64,000 nucleotides of DNA from NCBI GenBank assembly GCA_951406725.2, contig OX597826.1, forward strand, positions 39,246,001 through 39,310,000, given 5' to 3'. Every line of letters starts with the position of its first letter. The first letter of the stretch is position 1. The notes below the pieces were generated by a model that had not been told where the DNA came from, ran no database searches, and saw nothing but the letters and a program-made list of their open reading frames with translations. Source of the stretch: Octopus vulgaris. Taxonomy: Eukaryota. The translations under genes and the position numbers were made by a program. Shown piece after piece: positions 51,879-64,000 of the stretch.

Positions 51879-51882
<4 letters not shown>
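51590..51882 (-). mobile_element. SINE family A, 5'-truncated
   Basis: TTGTTTCAGTCAAGTGACTGCGGCCATACTGGAGC...TTTCAGTTTCCGTGTACGAAATCCACT. Confidence 0.85.
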
Positions 51883-51936
<54 letters not shown>

Positions 51937-52039
51937 GGCATTACTATACATAAATGCCACACGCTAGGAGGGACTCTTAAAGTCAAAAGTACCAAAATAA
52001 ATAAAACATCTCTGGAAGCAAGCCACTTAAAAACAGAAT

Positions 52040-54935
52040 TCAGCTGAAAATCACATAATTTCATAAATAGTGCAGAAATGCATTTTTTAATGCAAGCATA
52101 ATTCAAGATAAATTTTGAATTGTGTAAGCCAGTATTATGATGATCTTGCTCAATTATCGAGGAAAGTATCAATTTCTGACAAGCTGGTCATATTGGCAGG
52201 TTTCAATGCAAGAGTTGGAAATGACTACGTTTCATGGCATGTTTTAGGTCGACATGGGATTGGAAAATGTAATAAAAATGGAGTAGCTCTTTTGACGTTT
52301 TGTACTGAGAATAATCTGGTTGTCACCAACACTCTTTTAAAGGAGGAAAATAACTATAAAACCACCTACATGCACTCAAGATCTAAGCACTGGCATCAAT
52401 AGATTATATTCTGATCAGAAAACGTGATATGAAAGACATTTCTAGATTTCGGGCCATGAGGTGAGCAGAGAGCTGGATTGACCATCATCTAGTGCGTGGA
52501 AAAATAGATTTTTCGATAATTCTCAAAAATCAACAGTTTGGTCCTAAGGTACCTAAGAAGTCAAATGTTGTAACTTGCAAAGATTCCACGATGCTATAGA
52601 AAGTATCAATCTTGACCCAAACAATCTATGGGAAGATTTCAAAACAGGTATTTCAGGCTGCAGGTTCGTGAGTGGAATTTAAATCACATAAGTCCAGTGA
52701 CTGGTTCTCAGTTAGATCAGAAGAAATTCATGATCTACTTTTAGAAAAATAAAACTTAAGCAATACACTTCTTTCTCGGTCCTTGAACCCCAATTCAAAC
52801 AAAGCTTACAGAATGATGAAAAGAAAAGTGCAAACTGCTCAAAGGAAATTTAAACAGAAATGGTGAAATGATAGAGCAAAAGGGGCACAAGAAGCAGCTG
52901 AAATGATGCCAAGGGTTTGTGCTCTTATGTCAAGGAGGTATATGGCCTCAAATCTTCTTCAATAGCTCTAATGAGAACAGCAAATGCACGTTTGATTCTG
53001 ACTGACACCGATTCTATTCATGAGCGTTGGGTAGAACATTTTTCTGCACTTTTGAATAGACCTTCATCCGTTGACATGAGGACGATAGAAAAAATCGAAC
53101 ACCTTCTAGTTATAGAAGAGATGGCATTTGAACCAATTCTAAATTACAAATATTTAGCTGTAAATAAGCTGAATAACAATAGGTCTCCAGGGTCTGATGG
53201 AATCTGTGCAGAAGTCTTGAAATATGACAAAATGTTTGAACTCTTAAATATAGTAATTTGTCACTATTGAAGAACTGAGGAAGTGCCTCTAAACTGGATT
53301 GATGCCATTTTGGTCTCCTTGTATAAATCAGGGCCAAAGGATCTGTGTGGTAATTTTCGTGGGATTTCGTTTTTGTCTGTGGTTGGAAAGATACTTGCCC
53401 GCATTTTGTTGGAATGCTTTAATACCTTTATAGTTCCAAATATAGAGCCTGAGTCTTAGTGTGGTTTTCGTTTTTCCAAGGGCACAGTTGATTGTATCTT
53501 TACTGTCAGACAATTACAAGAAAAGTGCATTGAACAGAATCTTGCTCTATACCATTGCTTTGTTGATTTGAGCAAGGCATTCGATACTGTTAATCGAAAT
53601 GCACTGTGGCTAATTCTAAGGAAAATAGGTTGCCCAGAAAAATTTGTGAACATAATGAGGGCTTTGCATCAAGATATGAAAGCTAGAGTTAACTTTGATG
53701 GTAGGTTCTCTGAATCTTTTGCTGTGGAAAATGGAGTAAAGCAAGGAAACCTTGATGCACCCATCCTCTTTGCAATTTACTTTGTTGATGTGTTTTCACA
53801 TGCTTTGAGGAGGGTATTTATGTAAAATATCGACCAACAAGGAATGTTTTTAATCTGACCAGACTGAAATTCAAAACGAAGGTTTTTACTTCACTCATTA
53901 GGGAACTTTTATATGCTGATGATTACGATCTAGTCAGTCAATATGAAACAGGTCTGCAATCTCTTGTATCTGCATTTGACTTGGCTTCTGATGGTTTTGG
54001 CTTGACCATCAACTTGAAAAAACAAACAGTTGTGAAGCATCAACCTGCGTGTGGTTCTGTTTGTAACCCCACTAAAATTTTTGTGAAGGATATGTTACTT
54101 GCGGTTGTCGATTCGTTCATCTACCTTGGAAACTCTGTTCAAAATGATGGAGATCTTGATACAGAAATATAGCTGCGAATTCAAAGGGCAGCAAAAGCAT
54201 TTGGTGAATTGGAGTCACGTGTTTGGTGCCAGTGACATATAAATAAGAATACGAAGTTGGCTCTTTACAAATTTGTCTCATCATACCTGTTGTAATCCTC
54301 TTAAACGGACGTTTTATGAAAGTCATTTTAAATTGTTAGAACAATTCCACCAAAAATACCTTCATCGCATTTAAATGGATGTTTTTTTACTCCAAACACG
54401 GATGTCCTTCCATCTGCAGGCATCACCTCAATTAAAGCTATGATTTTGAGGAACCAAATGAGATGGTCTGGCCATATTGTTTTAATGGCAGATGAACGCA
54501 TGCCGAAACAGCTCGCAGAGGGGAAGCGCTTTTGGCGTAATGCTAAAAAAAAGGTTTAAGGACGACATAAAGACTACTATGATGTCACTTGGAATGAATA
54601 TAGAAGACATAGAAACCCTTGCTTCGGATCGAGTTGGATGGCAAACAAAAGTGTGAAGTGGAGTGAAAGCATTTGAAGAGGTCAGGATAACGCAGGTAAG
54701 ACTCAAAATAAATCTAAGGAAGAATGTAACGGACGAGAAGGTGAATGACAATGACTTTTTGTGTGCACAGTCTGTGACAGACCATGCTCGTCTTTTGCTG
54801 GGCTCAAATCTCATCTGCGAACCCATGGAAAACGAACATCCAGCAGCTATTCTGCCTATATGTCTGTGCATACCTTTGAACGCAGGGTATGCCAAAAGGT
54901 TTGCAAATCTAACGGAGACCTCAAAAGACATTTTG
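52040..54935 (+). mobile_element. Decayed RTE-clade LINE (APE + RT + C-terminal C2H2 fingers)
   Basis: GFNARVG, NGVALLTFCTENNLVVTNT, HSRSKHWHQIDY, DHHLV, SPGSDGI, NFRGIS, QLQEKCIEQN, FVDLSKAFDTVNR, GVKQG, LLYADD, CTVCDRPCSSFAGLKSHLRTH. Multiple stops and frameshifts. Confidence 0.93.
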
Positions 54936-55304
54936 AAAATTTGTTTAGCCCTTGACGCTGCATGGACCCTAAGTAAGGCATGTGCAAAATTTGAATGAAA
55001 TCCTTTGGGTAGTTCTCGAGCTTTAGTGATTAGTGATGCACACATACAGACACACAGACAGACAAACACACATTCTCACCTTTATATATATAGATTTACT
55101 GATTTATGTAAATATTTTGTGTTCCTTTTATGTAAATTTTTAATTCGTTTCATTATAGATTGGGAAACGCTTTTATTCTTATCTCTTATCTTTCTATAAT
55201 TGGTCCACTCTCATCTACACTTCGTTGTAAAGTTCATGTTCAACATTTCAATGCATTGCACAGAATATTTCATTCTTCTGTAACCTCTGAGACCTTGTGG
55301 TTCG

Positions 55305-55510
<206 letters not shown>

Positions 55511-56010
55511 CAGCAACCTGTTTTTGCATGACTTTTACTACATACACATTCCACTTTGACTTCTGCAGTGTTTTGTTATTTGGCTATATTATTTTTTTCG
55601 CATGGATTAAGTCTATTCTCCAATACAAATAACCAATAACTTTATTTTCTGTGTCATTGTCGATGCGTTTAAATCCTCTGGGTTTAAGGTTATCTGTATC
55701 TTCTATCATTCATTTCATCATTTCCCAAGATGTTTTCGCCATTCTAGCAAATACTGGCTATCTCTATATCTAAGACTAATATATGGAGAGCATTTATTCT
55801 CCATTTATATCGCATATAGTGAAATGTATTTCTTCACAAAGACAAAGTTCTGTCTCCTTAACAGCAAGTTACTATTTGCTTGAAATTACCGTTATTCTTA
55901 CTCTGTAGTACCAAACGTTCATTCTTCTACTCAAATACTCACTCATATACAGGTGGCGAGGAACAGCTTCATGCGTTATATTCTCATACTTCCTGTCAGA
56001 ACGATGCATC

Positions 56011-56012
<2 letters not shown>

Positions 56013-56109
<97 letters not shown>
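56013..56109. repeat. (TATC)n microsatellite
   Basis: Direct observation. Confidence 0.95.
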
Positions 56110-56639
56110 GTGGAGCTACTGTTTTGTCTATCTCTCTATCCAGCTACCTATCTATACACCCATATATCTATTTATCTATCTTTTCCTCCATCAACCTACC
56201 CTTCCATTTGTCTCAATTATCTGTCTACTTTTTCACTTCCATACCCATAAAATTTTTATATATTCTTAATATCTTACATTCATGAACATTTAAAACTTTT
56301 GAAACTTCTAAAAATTTTTAAACTTTAAAACTTTAAAATCCTTAAAATATTTATATCCGTAAGTCAATCACGAAAATAAAACTCCTCCATTCCCCATTTC
56401 AACTTTTTGTTATGTTGTTTTAACTTATTATAATGTATTTAGTTATTTTATTTCACCCTCCTTCTTTACTTGCATAACCTCCTCTATTAACGGCGTTAAG
56501 CTGTTGTCTAACTATATTATCCAGAGGTAATATGATTTTCTGTTTATTGACCGCCTTCACAACACATTCTGCACTTAGTTTTCATATTCTGCTGCAATTT
56601 CTATCAAGGAAGTGCTTTCTCCAGGATAGGTAGTAAGAC

Positions 56640-57880
56640 CCAACAATTAAAAAAATTCTAAAGGCCTTCACCTGAGTGCTGTTCATGACTGAAGATGATG
56701 GTGGTGTGTTGATGCTTCTGGCTGTTGAAAGAGACAGAATTGGTATATCATCATTGGATGATGCTTTTATGGCCTCATTTCATGGAATCAGTGAGTGATG
56801 TCCTAACTGTGAGTGGATGATGCATTGTTAGAGAATGTTAGAGAGGCATGACGAAAAATGGTGATGTTGGATGTGATGGCAGCAAAGAAGTTATTGGCAT
56901 ACAGAAAGAATAGGGGGACAAACCGAATGATGGATCACGCTGGAGTTGATAGAATGCGGGATAGAAAGAACTCCATCAATAAAATATTGTGATCTTAAGT
57001 TAAGTTAAGTTAATTTTTTGGCTCAAAAAGCAAAAAGCAAGGCCATGTAGGGGGGTGCATGGAGTTATGTACAGGGAGGGTGCACATGCAAAAAGTTCAG
57101 GCCATTTCTGGTCAAGAGAGACTTTGAACCGAGCGGTCGTCGGCATCTTCACTATCTCGTCCGGCAGCTTATTCCACGGATCCGCAACCGGATCTGATAC
57201 GGAGTTAATCCATTCAAGTGATTCGTGAAGTTTCCCCACTCCCATTAAGAAGTTTCGAGAGGAAATTCGCATGTTAAACACGTGGAAAGCTTTCACCAAA
57301 TTCCTCCAAGGCAAGAGCCCACTGGTGAGTGATGGACGAGATTTGGTCAGGAGTGGAAACCTACTGGCGGTCATCAAGAAGGTAGAGAGATTTAATGATT
57401 TGGAGAACTTCTTTGTCAATGGCTGCTTCTATTATTTAAAAGTTGCTAGAGGTGAGTGCGATGGGGTACCAGTTGATATGTTCAGATAGGTTTCCTTTCT
57501 TGGCCATGGGACACACTGTAGTATTCCCAAAGATCAGGATATATCCCAGCAGAGAGGGAGATATTGAAGAGATTCGTCAATATAGGAGATATGTCTGGGC
57601 TATAATGGTTGAGGGAAATGGAAGTGACATTACCAGAAGTAGTGGGGTTTTGGGGTTTTAAGTGACTGAAGATATTTTCGCACTCATCGTGTGTATATGA
57701 AATGTGATGGACCTGGAGTGTAGAATAGGAGAGAATTGGAGGAAATTGTTTAAGTGTGTGCAAAATGAAACTGGCTCTTAAGCGGCAACAATGGTCGAGA
57801 CTGTTTCCTGCGGGTATGCTGTTCACAGAACAATCTGTGTTGTGAAGGGAAAGAGGATTATAGAAAATTGACAGCAACAA
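56640..57880 (-). mobile_element. Old Jockey/CR1-group LINE RT fragment
   Basis: ISPILTNLFNISLSAGIYPDLW, VKAF, WINS...IDGVLS.PHSINSSV (cf. INSGVPQG). Interrupted at 56996-57190. Confidence 0.7.
56996..57190 (-). mobile_element. 195-bp 5'-truncated CR1-like LINE 3' end with (AACTT)n tail
   Basis: PWNKLPDEIV..PTTARFKVSLD C-terminus, short 3' UTR, tandem tail. Flanked by GATCT at 56991-56995 and 57191-57195. Confidence 0.85.
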
Positions 57881-58679
57881 AAGCGAAGGACAAAATTTAT
57901 CGGTTGCATATATCCATGCATATTTTGGAAGGTGAATTTCCTAAACCATATTTTGATGGCTCGAGATTGTTTATTTTGCACACTACAAATCGCTTTTCAT
58001 CTAAATATATTCAAGAAAGCAAATAACTGACCGCTAAGGAATATCATTCTATCCAAAAGTTGAATATAAATTCTTATAAGTGGAATATTTCGAAATTATC
58101 CGAAAATTTCAGGAAAACATATTTGCATTATTGCATTAAATAGTCTTAGAATATCCAGAATTATTTTATTTCACTCATAATTTTGATTCACAGTCATTTT
58201 GTATGCTAGGTAGTCTTCAACACATTTCTCCAGTAACGTATTGAGATTTTAATGTTCCTGAATCTTTTGTTAGTTAGAATTTCAAAAAAAAGAAAAAGAT
58301 ATTGAAATTGTTTTGGACGTTGAGTTTTGTAAATTTATGCAAGCAGTGTTGAGCTGTTTCCCCTTGCACAGTTAATGGCTATGTCTTCCTCTAGTTTCTT
58401 TCTATATTTCCCTTTCTCTAACTTCTCTTATCTTTCCTTTTTTTACCTCCTGTATTTAGTTTTTATTCTATTTCACATTTTCTGAATAAACATATTGAAA
58501 TTCTTCAACATTTCTTACGTCGTATAACTATTTACATTCACTAACTGTTCTTTTGTTTTTTTCGTCTTCATCACATTTTTCATTCTACTTTCTTTTTTTT
58601 GTACTTACTAAATTATGCATTGCATATGCTATCTCCCTCTCCCTCTTTCCCATTCTTGCCCAAATATATACATATATGC

Positions 58680-59125
58680 ATATTAACGAAGCATAGGCAC
58701 AAAGCAGTGTTTACGTATGAGCGGATTTTAGGTTAGCTGAAATATGTTTGTCACATATTTCAGCTGCCAAAGGCAAATATACTGTAGTTACCGCGGAGAA
58801 AAAATCTCTTATGATAAAAAGGTGTGAAACACCCAGTTCGCTCAGTGTCACCATCTCTCGGGTATGTCAGACATCGATATTTCGAGTTTTTGACTGTTGT
58901 CAATGAGATGTACCTAAGAGAGGCAACTCTGAAAGAACTTAATAAAGCTATAAGCTTTATATATAACTCAGTCAACACATTGACTGATTTGCGCCAGTAG
59001 TTCGCCCGATCAAGTTAATTAATGAAGCATAGGCGCAAATCAGTGTTTAGGTATGAGCAGAATTTAGGTTAGTTGAGATTCGTGAGAGATGGGGACCATT
59101 TGAACGAACTGGGGGTTTTCACACT
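58680..59125. repeat. Rearranged repeat remnant with direct and inverted duplications
   Basis: Direct ~57-bp copies at ~58683 and ~59019; inverted ~38-bp copies at 58822-58859 and 59085-59124; decayed minus-strand AACTC-GAAAT-ATCGAT-GTC motif. Confidence 0.65.
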
Positions 59126-60677
59126 TCGGCCCGGTCTGTACGGTGTTGAAATGTGTGCATAAGGCACATATTGGCATCAATCGTAACACACATTTTCCCT
59201 ACAATAAAAGTTGTTAAAAGGTATTTAAATATTGCATAACATAATTTAAAAAAAATATTTAGAATATCTGAATACAAGAAGTAATACAAATAGTAGTAAA
59301 CAAATGTATAGTACGAAAATTATAAAACATTTACAGAACTTCAGTATATACAGTGTTTTAAACTTTTTTCTTTGGAGCATGTATGAAGAATTTCTTTAGG
59401 TTTCCTACTCTGAAACAACCTATATGCAATTGACCATGTAAGAAACAGCTCTCTTCTAGATGGAGACTGACAATAGAATGATATTCCTTAGCAGTCAGTA
59501 TTTGACCTTGGAACTTGTTAATGGTCATTGCGTAATAGGCACTCGCTGGGAATTGTATTCATTTGAAACAAAAGGGGATATCTGTTGGTATTAGCGATAT
59601 TCTAGTTATAAACACGATGTCTCCCTTACCACATAGTGAGGACTTTTGCTTCGATAATGTGAGGCTGTAGTTTATTTTGATTACCTATACATATAATTGT
59701 AATTAATTAATAAATAAATCCAAATGAATGTTTACAGGCTGATGTTTATCGTTTGATTATCTTCTCCATTTTCTTATTTGCTTTAGAAATTTGGGGTAAT
59801 TTCCTTTTTTACTCCCACTTATACCTATTATTGAATTGCGATCATTCTTTTATCTTTTTTTTATCATTAAATTATATTATATTTTTGTTCCCATTTTTAC
59901 ACGTGAATATATACACATCTTCTATATCAGCCCCACGTTGGCATATATCTGGAACTGAATTTGAAGAAATTTATATAAAGAAACACCAAACAAACTTTAC
60001 CTTCACAAAACAAGAAGTTTAAATTCCTTATATACGTATCAAATTGCTTATAGAACAATGGACCTCTAGAGAGAAACATAAACTTGCAACCTCTACTCAA
60101 ATACCTTTGTGAACATGAAAGCACAAGAAAAACAATTTTATATACTAGCAATCCTCTCACCTGCTTGACTTATAACCCCTATTTTACAAAGAAATAATCT
60201 AAATAACTAGTAAAGAAGGACCACCCTAAACTTACCACCTACCTACATTCTTTTCAATAAAAAGTTGACATCCAATTACTAAGGGCTTAAATGCTAGACT
60301 TTGTACCTTTGACCTTTATATTATCAAAGCAAAAGATTAAAACCCAAAATACCGAAAACAATAAAAATGCTATCACAACTTCTCCATACGTAACAAAAGA
60401 GAAACACCTCCTCAATAACATAAAAGCGTTAGATTCACTTCAACATTTAAAGTAAAAAAAAAAAGAAAAAAGAAAAAAAAAACAAATTAGGATTTTAACC
60501 GTTGTACATGAAAATAGCGTCATATATATGTATAGATGGATAAGCGCATATTTGTGTATACTTTAAGATTATACGTATATTTGTGAGTGTCTATATGATT
60601 GAGTGTGCTTGCATATATGTATCTAAAACGTTGTAACCATTCACTTTTAGACAGTGGTGGTGGTGAGAGGTACAAAT

Positions 60678-60720
<43 letters not shown>

Positions 60721-60754
60721 CATGTATATGTGTTTATATATATACATACATACA

Positions 60755-60820
<66 letters not shown>

Positions 60821-60822
<2 letters not shown>

Positions 60823-61425
60823 CAAAATAAGAAAATGGAGAAATACATCTTAATCAAATATCAATTACCAGATAATACTCAATCACATACTTTATTAAAC
60901 CACCACATAAGAAACTATAGGGTTAAACATAAAAAAGTAGAGCAAAACAGTGTACATAAAGGAGTATACATAAAAAAGTGTACATAAAAGAGTAATGTTC
61001 TACAATAAGTAGAATATATATAAGAGAATATAAAAATAAGTAAATATAAATATAAATATTTATATTTATATTTACTTATTTTTATATTCTCTTATATATA
61101 TTCTACTTATTGTAGAACATTACTCTTTTTGGTCTACTTTTTTATGTTTAACCCTATAGTTTCTTATGTGGTGGTTTAATAAAGTATGTGATTGAGTATT
61201 ATCTGGTAATTGATATTTGATTAAGATGTATTTCTCCATTATCTTATTTTGTATTATGAATTTGTGGTAAAACATTTTACCTTTGCCCATATAATACAGT
61301 AAATGAATTGATTGCATCGCAATCCTTAACATTTATGTATTAACCTTGTTGGGTACTTCACTAGCAGTATATTGGATATATGTTATGCCATGGAGGGTTG
61401 CACTTACAACCCCTATCTCAATTTG
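60821..61425 (+). mobile_element. (TA)n-embedded fold-back element, family F1, copy 2
   Basis: Palindrome 60821-61253 centred 61057/61058 (left arm carries ~40 bp of extra AGTGTACATAAA-like repeats). Tail 61254-61425 is collinear with 20272-20443. Confidence 0.85.
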
Positions 61426-62146
61426 TATATATATATATATATAGGTATATGTGTGTGTGTTTAAGTCATGTATACAACTTGAATAGACACATATCAGTAC
61501 ATGAACACACGTTCGCATGTATATACACATGTACACACACACTGACACGTCTACACACCTAAATACTCACGTACATACATACATACATACATACATACAT
61601 ACATACATACATACATACAAACACATACATAATACATTCATATATATCATGAACTAACTGTTACTTTCTCAGATGCAGCACGGAATTTTGTCAGTGAACA
61701 TGTCACGGTCTCAAAGCGACGAAAATATTTTGGCAAATGAAATTTAAATGTTGAATTGAATCTAACAGTTTTTGTGTGTTTTTAAATAACTTATAAACAC
61801 TTTCCACGCTGCAATTGTTTTCGTTCTAGCACACAATCTCACATCAGGTAACTTGCTATGCAAGTACATTTCCGTAATCAATAATAGTTTTTTTCCAAAA
61901 CACCTTTATATTTCCAAAGATGGTTTTGACTCTATAGATACCATATAAAGGAGGCAAGACTATATAAAGGCAGTTCGACGATAACTTAGATGGCCGAAAC
62001 TTTAAAGTCAGTATCAACAACATTTTTGTATGATAATAATAAATTTATATTTTACGATAGTATAGAGTAACCTATCATTAATGCAAACTTGTTTTTATTA
62101 TAACTGAACATAAAAATAGACATCGGTATACATGCATACATGCATA

Positions 62147-62185
<39 letters not shown>

Positions 62186-62209
62186 GCGCACACACATACA
62201 AACGTATGC

Positions 62210-62285
<76 letters not shown>

Positions 62286-62614
62286 ATGATAGAGATACAA
62301 ATATTGTGTGCATATGAGGGAGGAAGAGACTATGAGAGTCAATACTGGTATTAGGAGAATGGCAGTGCAATTTACCAATCATTGTTGGTCACTAATTTAC
62401 TATTTGAGTACACAAAATTCTAATGGATTCTTATCTAAATGAAGTCGACAGGAAAACCTAGCAGACCCGGATATTGTGAAACTAATGAATCTGTATTTAC
62501 AAGTCACAGCACTTTCCTATTGATATGATTCTCTCTAGCTGTATCATCAATGTTCATTTTCCCCGTCGCTGCATTAACTCTTTCTCACTTACTCTCTGTC
62601 TCCCTGCCTGCCTG

Positions 62615-62649
<35 letters not shown>

Positions 62650-63179
62650 GTCTGTCTGTCTGTCTGTCTCTGTCTCACTCTCTGAATATATAGTTCAAAT
62701 TTACAAAAACCAACAAACGACGAAGACAGGTGTGTGTGTGCATATGTAATCTCATCATCACTCAGTGACGAGAACTGAATAGAATGTATTTCACTGTAGA
62801 ATTCTAATAAAACCCAGACATATCCATTGTTTCCTATTGTTTGCTTAAAAAAAACAAACAAAAAAAAATACTCAGGTCACTTCAATCTGCAAAAGTCATT
62901 TTGTCCCAAAATCTTGATAATCTAATTTTGGAATTATATTCCTCGTTTGTTGTGTTTCTGTTTGAAACACTACCCGAGGAAGATGTTTTCTGTTATTTGT
63001 TGGAATAATTGGAGTTTGTTAAAGGTTTTCAATTCACTGTATCACACGCATGCGACCCCCCACACACATGTTATGTGACAAGGCTTCAATAAATCAATTA
63101 GCACTCTATTAGCTAAGAGAGTTAAGATAACATATATTATAAAAAGTCTTACTAATTACAGCAACCTAGGGTTTTAGGG

Positions 63180-63766
63180 CCAAAATACTTATTCAGCCAT
63201 TTCTCAAGACGGTCTCACAGTAGCCTTAAATCAAACGTTATATCGGGTCTGTCGAAGGAAAACTTATATGCCGATATGACTACCATCTTTCGACTATTAA
63301 GCACCGTTGTGAGACACAAGAACCCTTTCCATTTTAATGTGGCAAATTAAAGATGAAGCGACCAGCTATGATATCAGATGGAAAATCTTTTCCAAAACAA
63401 ACGCTATATTAATCGGTCAAAACGATGTTCTATATTCTCTCTATATGTTTCTCTCTCGAGAAACTATATCTCTTTAAAAACTCTAAGACCTCCAACGGCT
63501 ATGTAAATTCCAGAAATGAGATTTTTCGCTACGCATGTATTTTAAGATATACATCTTGGTCGAATTTATAAACAGGCCTCCGGACACATCGTAAATATTT
63601 TCATAATATTGTCTGTTGTAACGTTGGTTATCTCTCTCGTGTTTTCTTTCCGTCTTCTTCCTTATGAACGTTCTTTAGTTTAAACATCATCTGCTTTAGG
63701 GCAACTGTCAAACTGTCTTGTCCTCAGCTTGTAAAATGGTGGTATAAATGTCTACGAAATACTAGG

Positions 63767-63770
<4 letters not shown>
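63180..63770 (+). pseudogene. Penelope-like (Naiad/Neptune-type) GIY-YIG 3' fragment ending at (TA)n
   Basis: YIGSVEG..CRY.YH..., MWQIKDE..SYDIRWKI, SKRC, EKLYL, VNSRNEIF. 3' end GAAATACTAGGTAAC(TA)n. Confidence 0.75.
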
Positions 63771-63834
<64 letters not shown>

Positions 63835-64000
63835 AGAAGGAAAATGTATACAGTTTACATAGTTTTAATATATTATATATTTTAAAATATATTTTATAAG
63901 TGAAAGCGTATTGTGTTTGTCGACAGCTTTTGCTTTCGCATGACATTGAAATTATTGTAATTTCGTATTTTCTTAAGAATATTTTAGCCCATGTTGTGTA

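Larger units (their letters stand above)
51544..55094 (-). mobile_element. Helitron-like termini bracketing a SINE and an RTE LINE
   Basis: 5' A|TCTATATATATAAAGGTGAGAATGTGTG(TCTG)n at 55094; 3' CCCGAGCAAGGCCGGG-TATCTCAG-CTAG|T at 51544. Same strand, AT target rule satisfied. Confidence 0.55.

Noticed and set aside
59930-60460. Possible Penelope RT N-terminal relic (YIIKA-like segment)
   Set aside because: Only fragmentary similarity, with many stops; not supportable by eye.
61672-61847. Plus-strand exon (ACTAAC...TTTCTCAG acceptor, CAG|GTAACT donor)
   Set aside because: The ATG frame stops after 24 codons, the strand is opposite to the other candidates, and the sequence looks like an interspersed repeat.

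Overview
AT-rich, repeat-saturated eukaryotic DNA with no intact multi-exon gene or full-length ORF. The tRNA-derived SINE families and extreme (TA)/(CA)/(ATCT)/trinucleotide microsatellite density suggest an octopus (coleoid cephalopod) genome; this is an inference. Contents: a ~2.9-kb 30/60-bp minisatellite; a full-length but dead D,D34D mariner plus two other mariner 5' fragments; decayed R4/Dong-like, RTE, CR1 and Jockey/CR1-group LINEs; two Penelope-like GIY-YIG fragments; non-autonomous Helitrons; and about 15 SINE copies from 3-4 families. Two short minus-strand candidate exons (24900-24944, 50760-50862) suggest the window is intronic to a large gene. The most striking pattern is a set of short non-coding elements in or next to (TA)n tracts. 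Several are fold-backs with a one-sided single-copy tail, and many carry minimal type-I hammerhead ribozyme motifs (best at 18691-18762, 26466-26509, 36115-36189, 47370-47404), consistent with Penelope-like pseudo-LTR or retrozyme-like derivatives. Most ORFs in the supplied track are microsatellite translations. All calls are by eye, without database searches, and boundaries of decayed elements are approximate.
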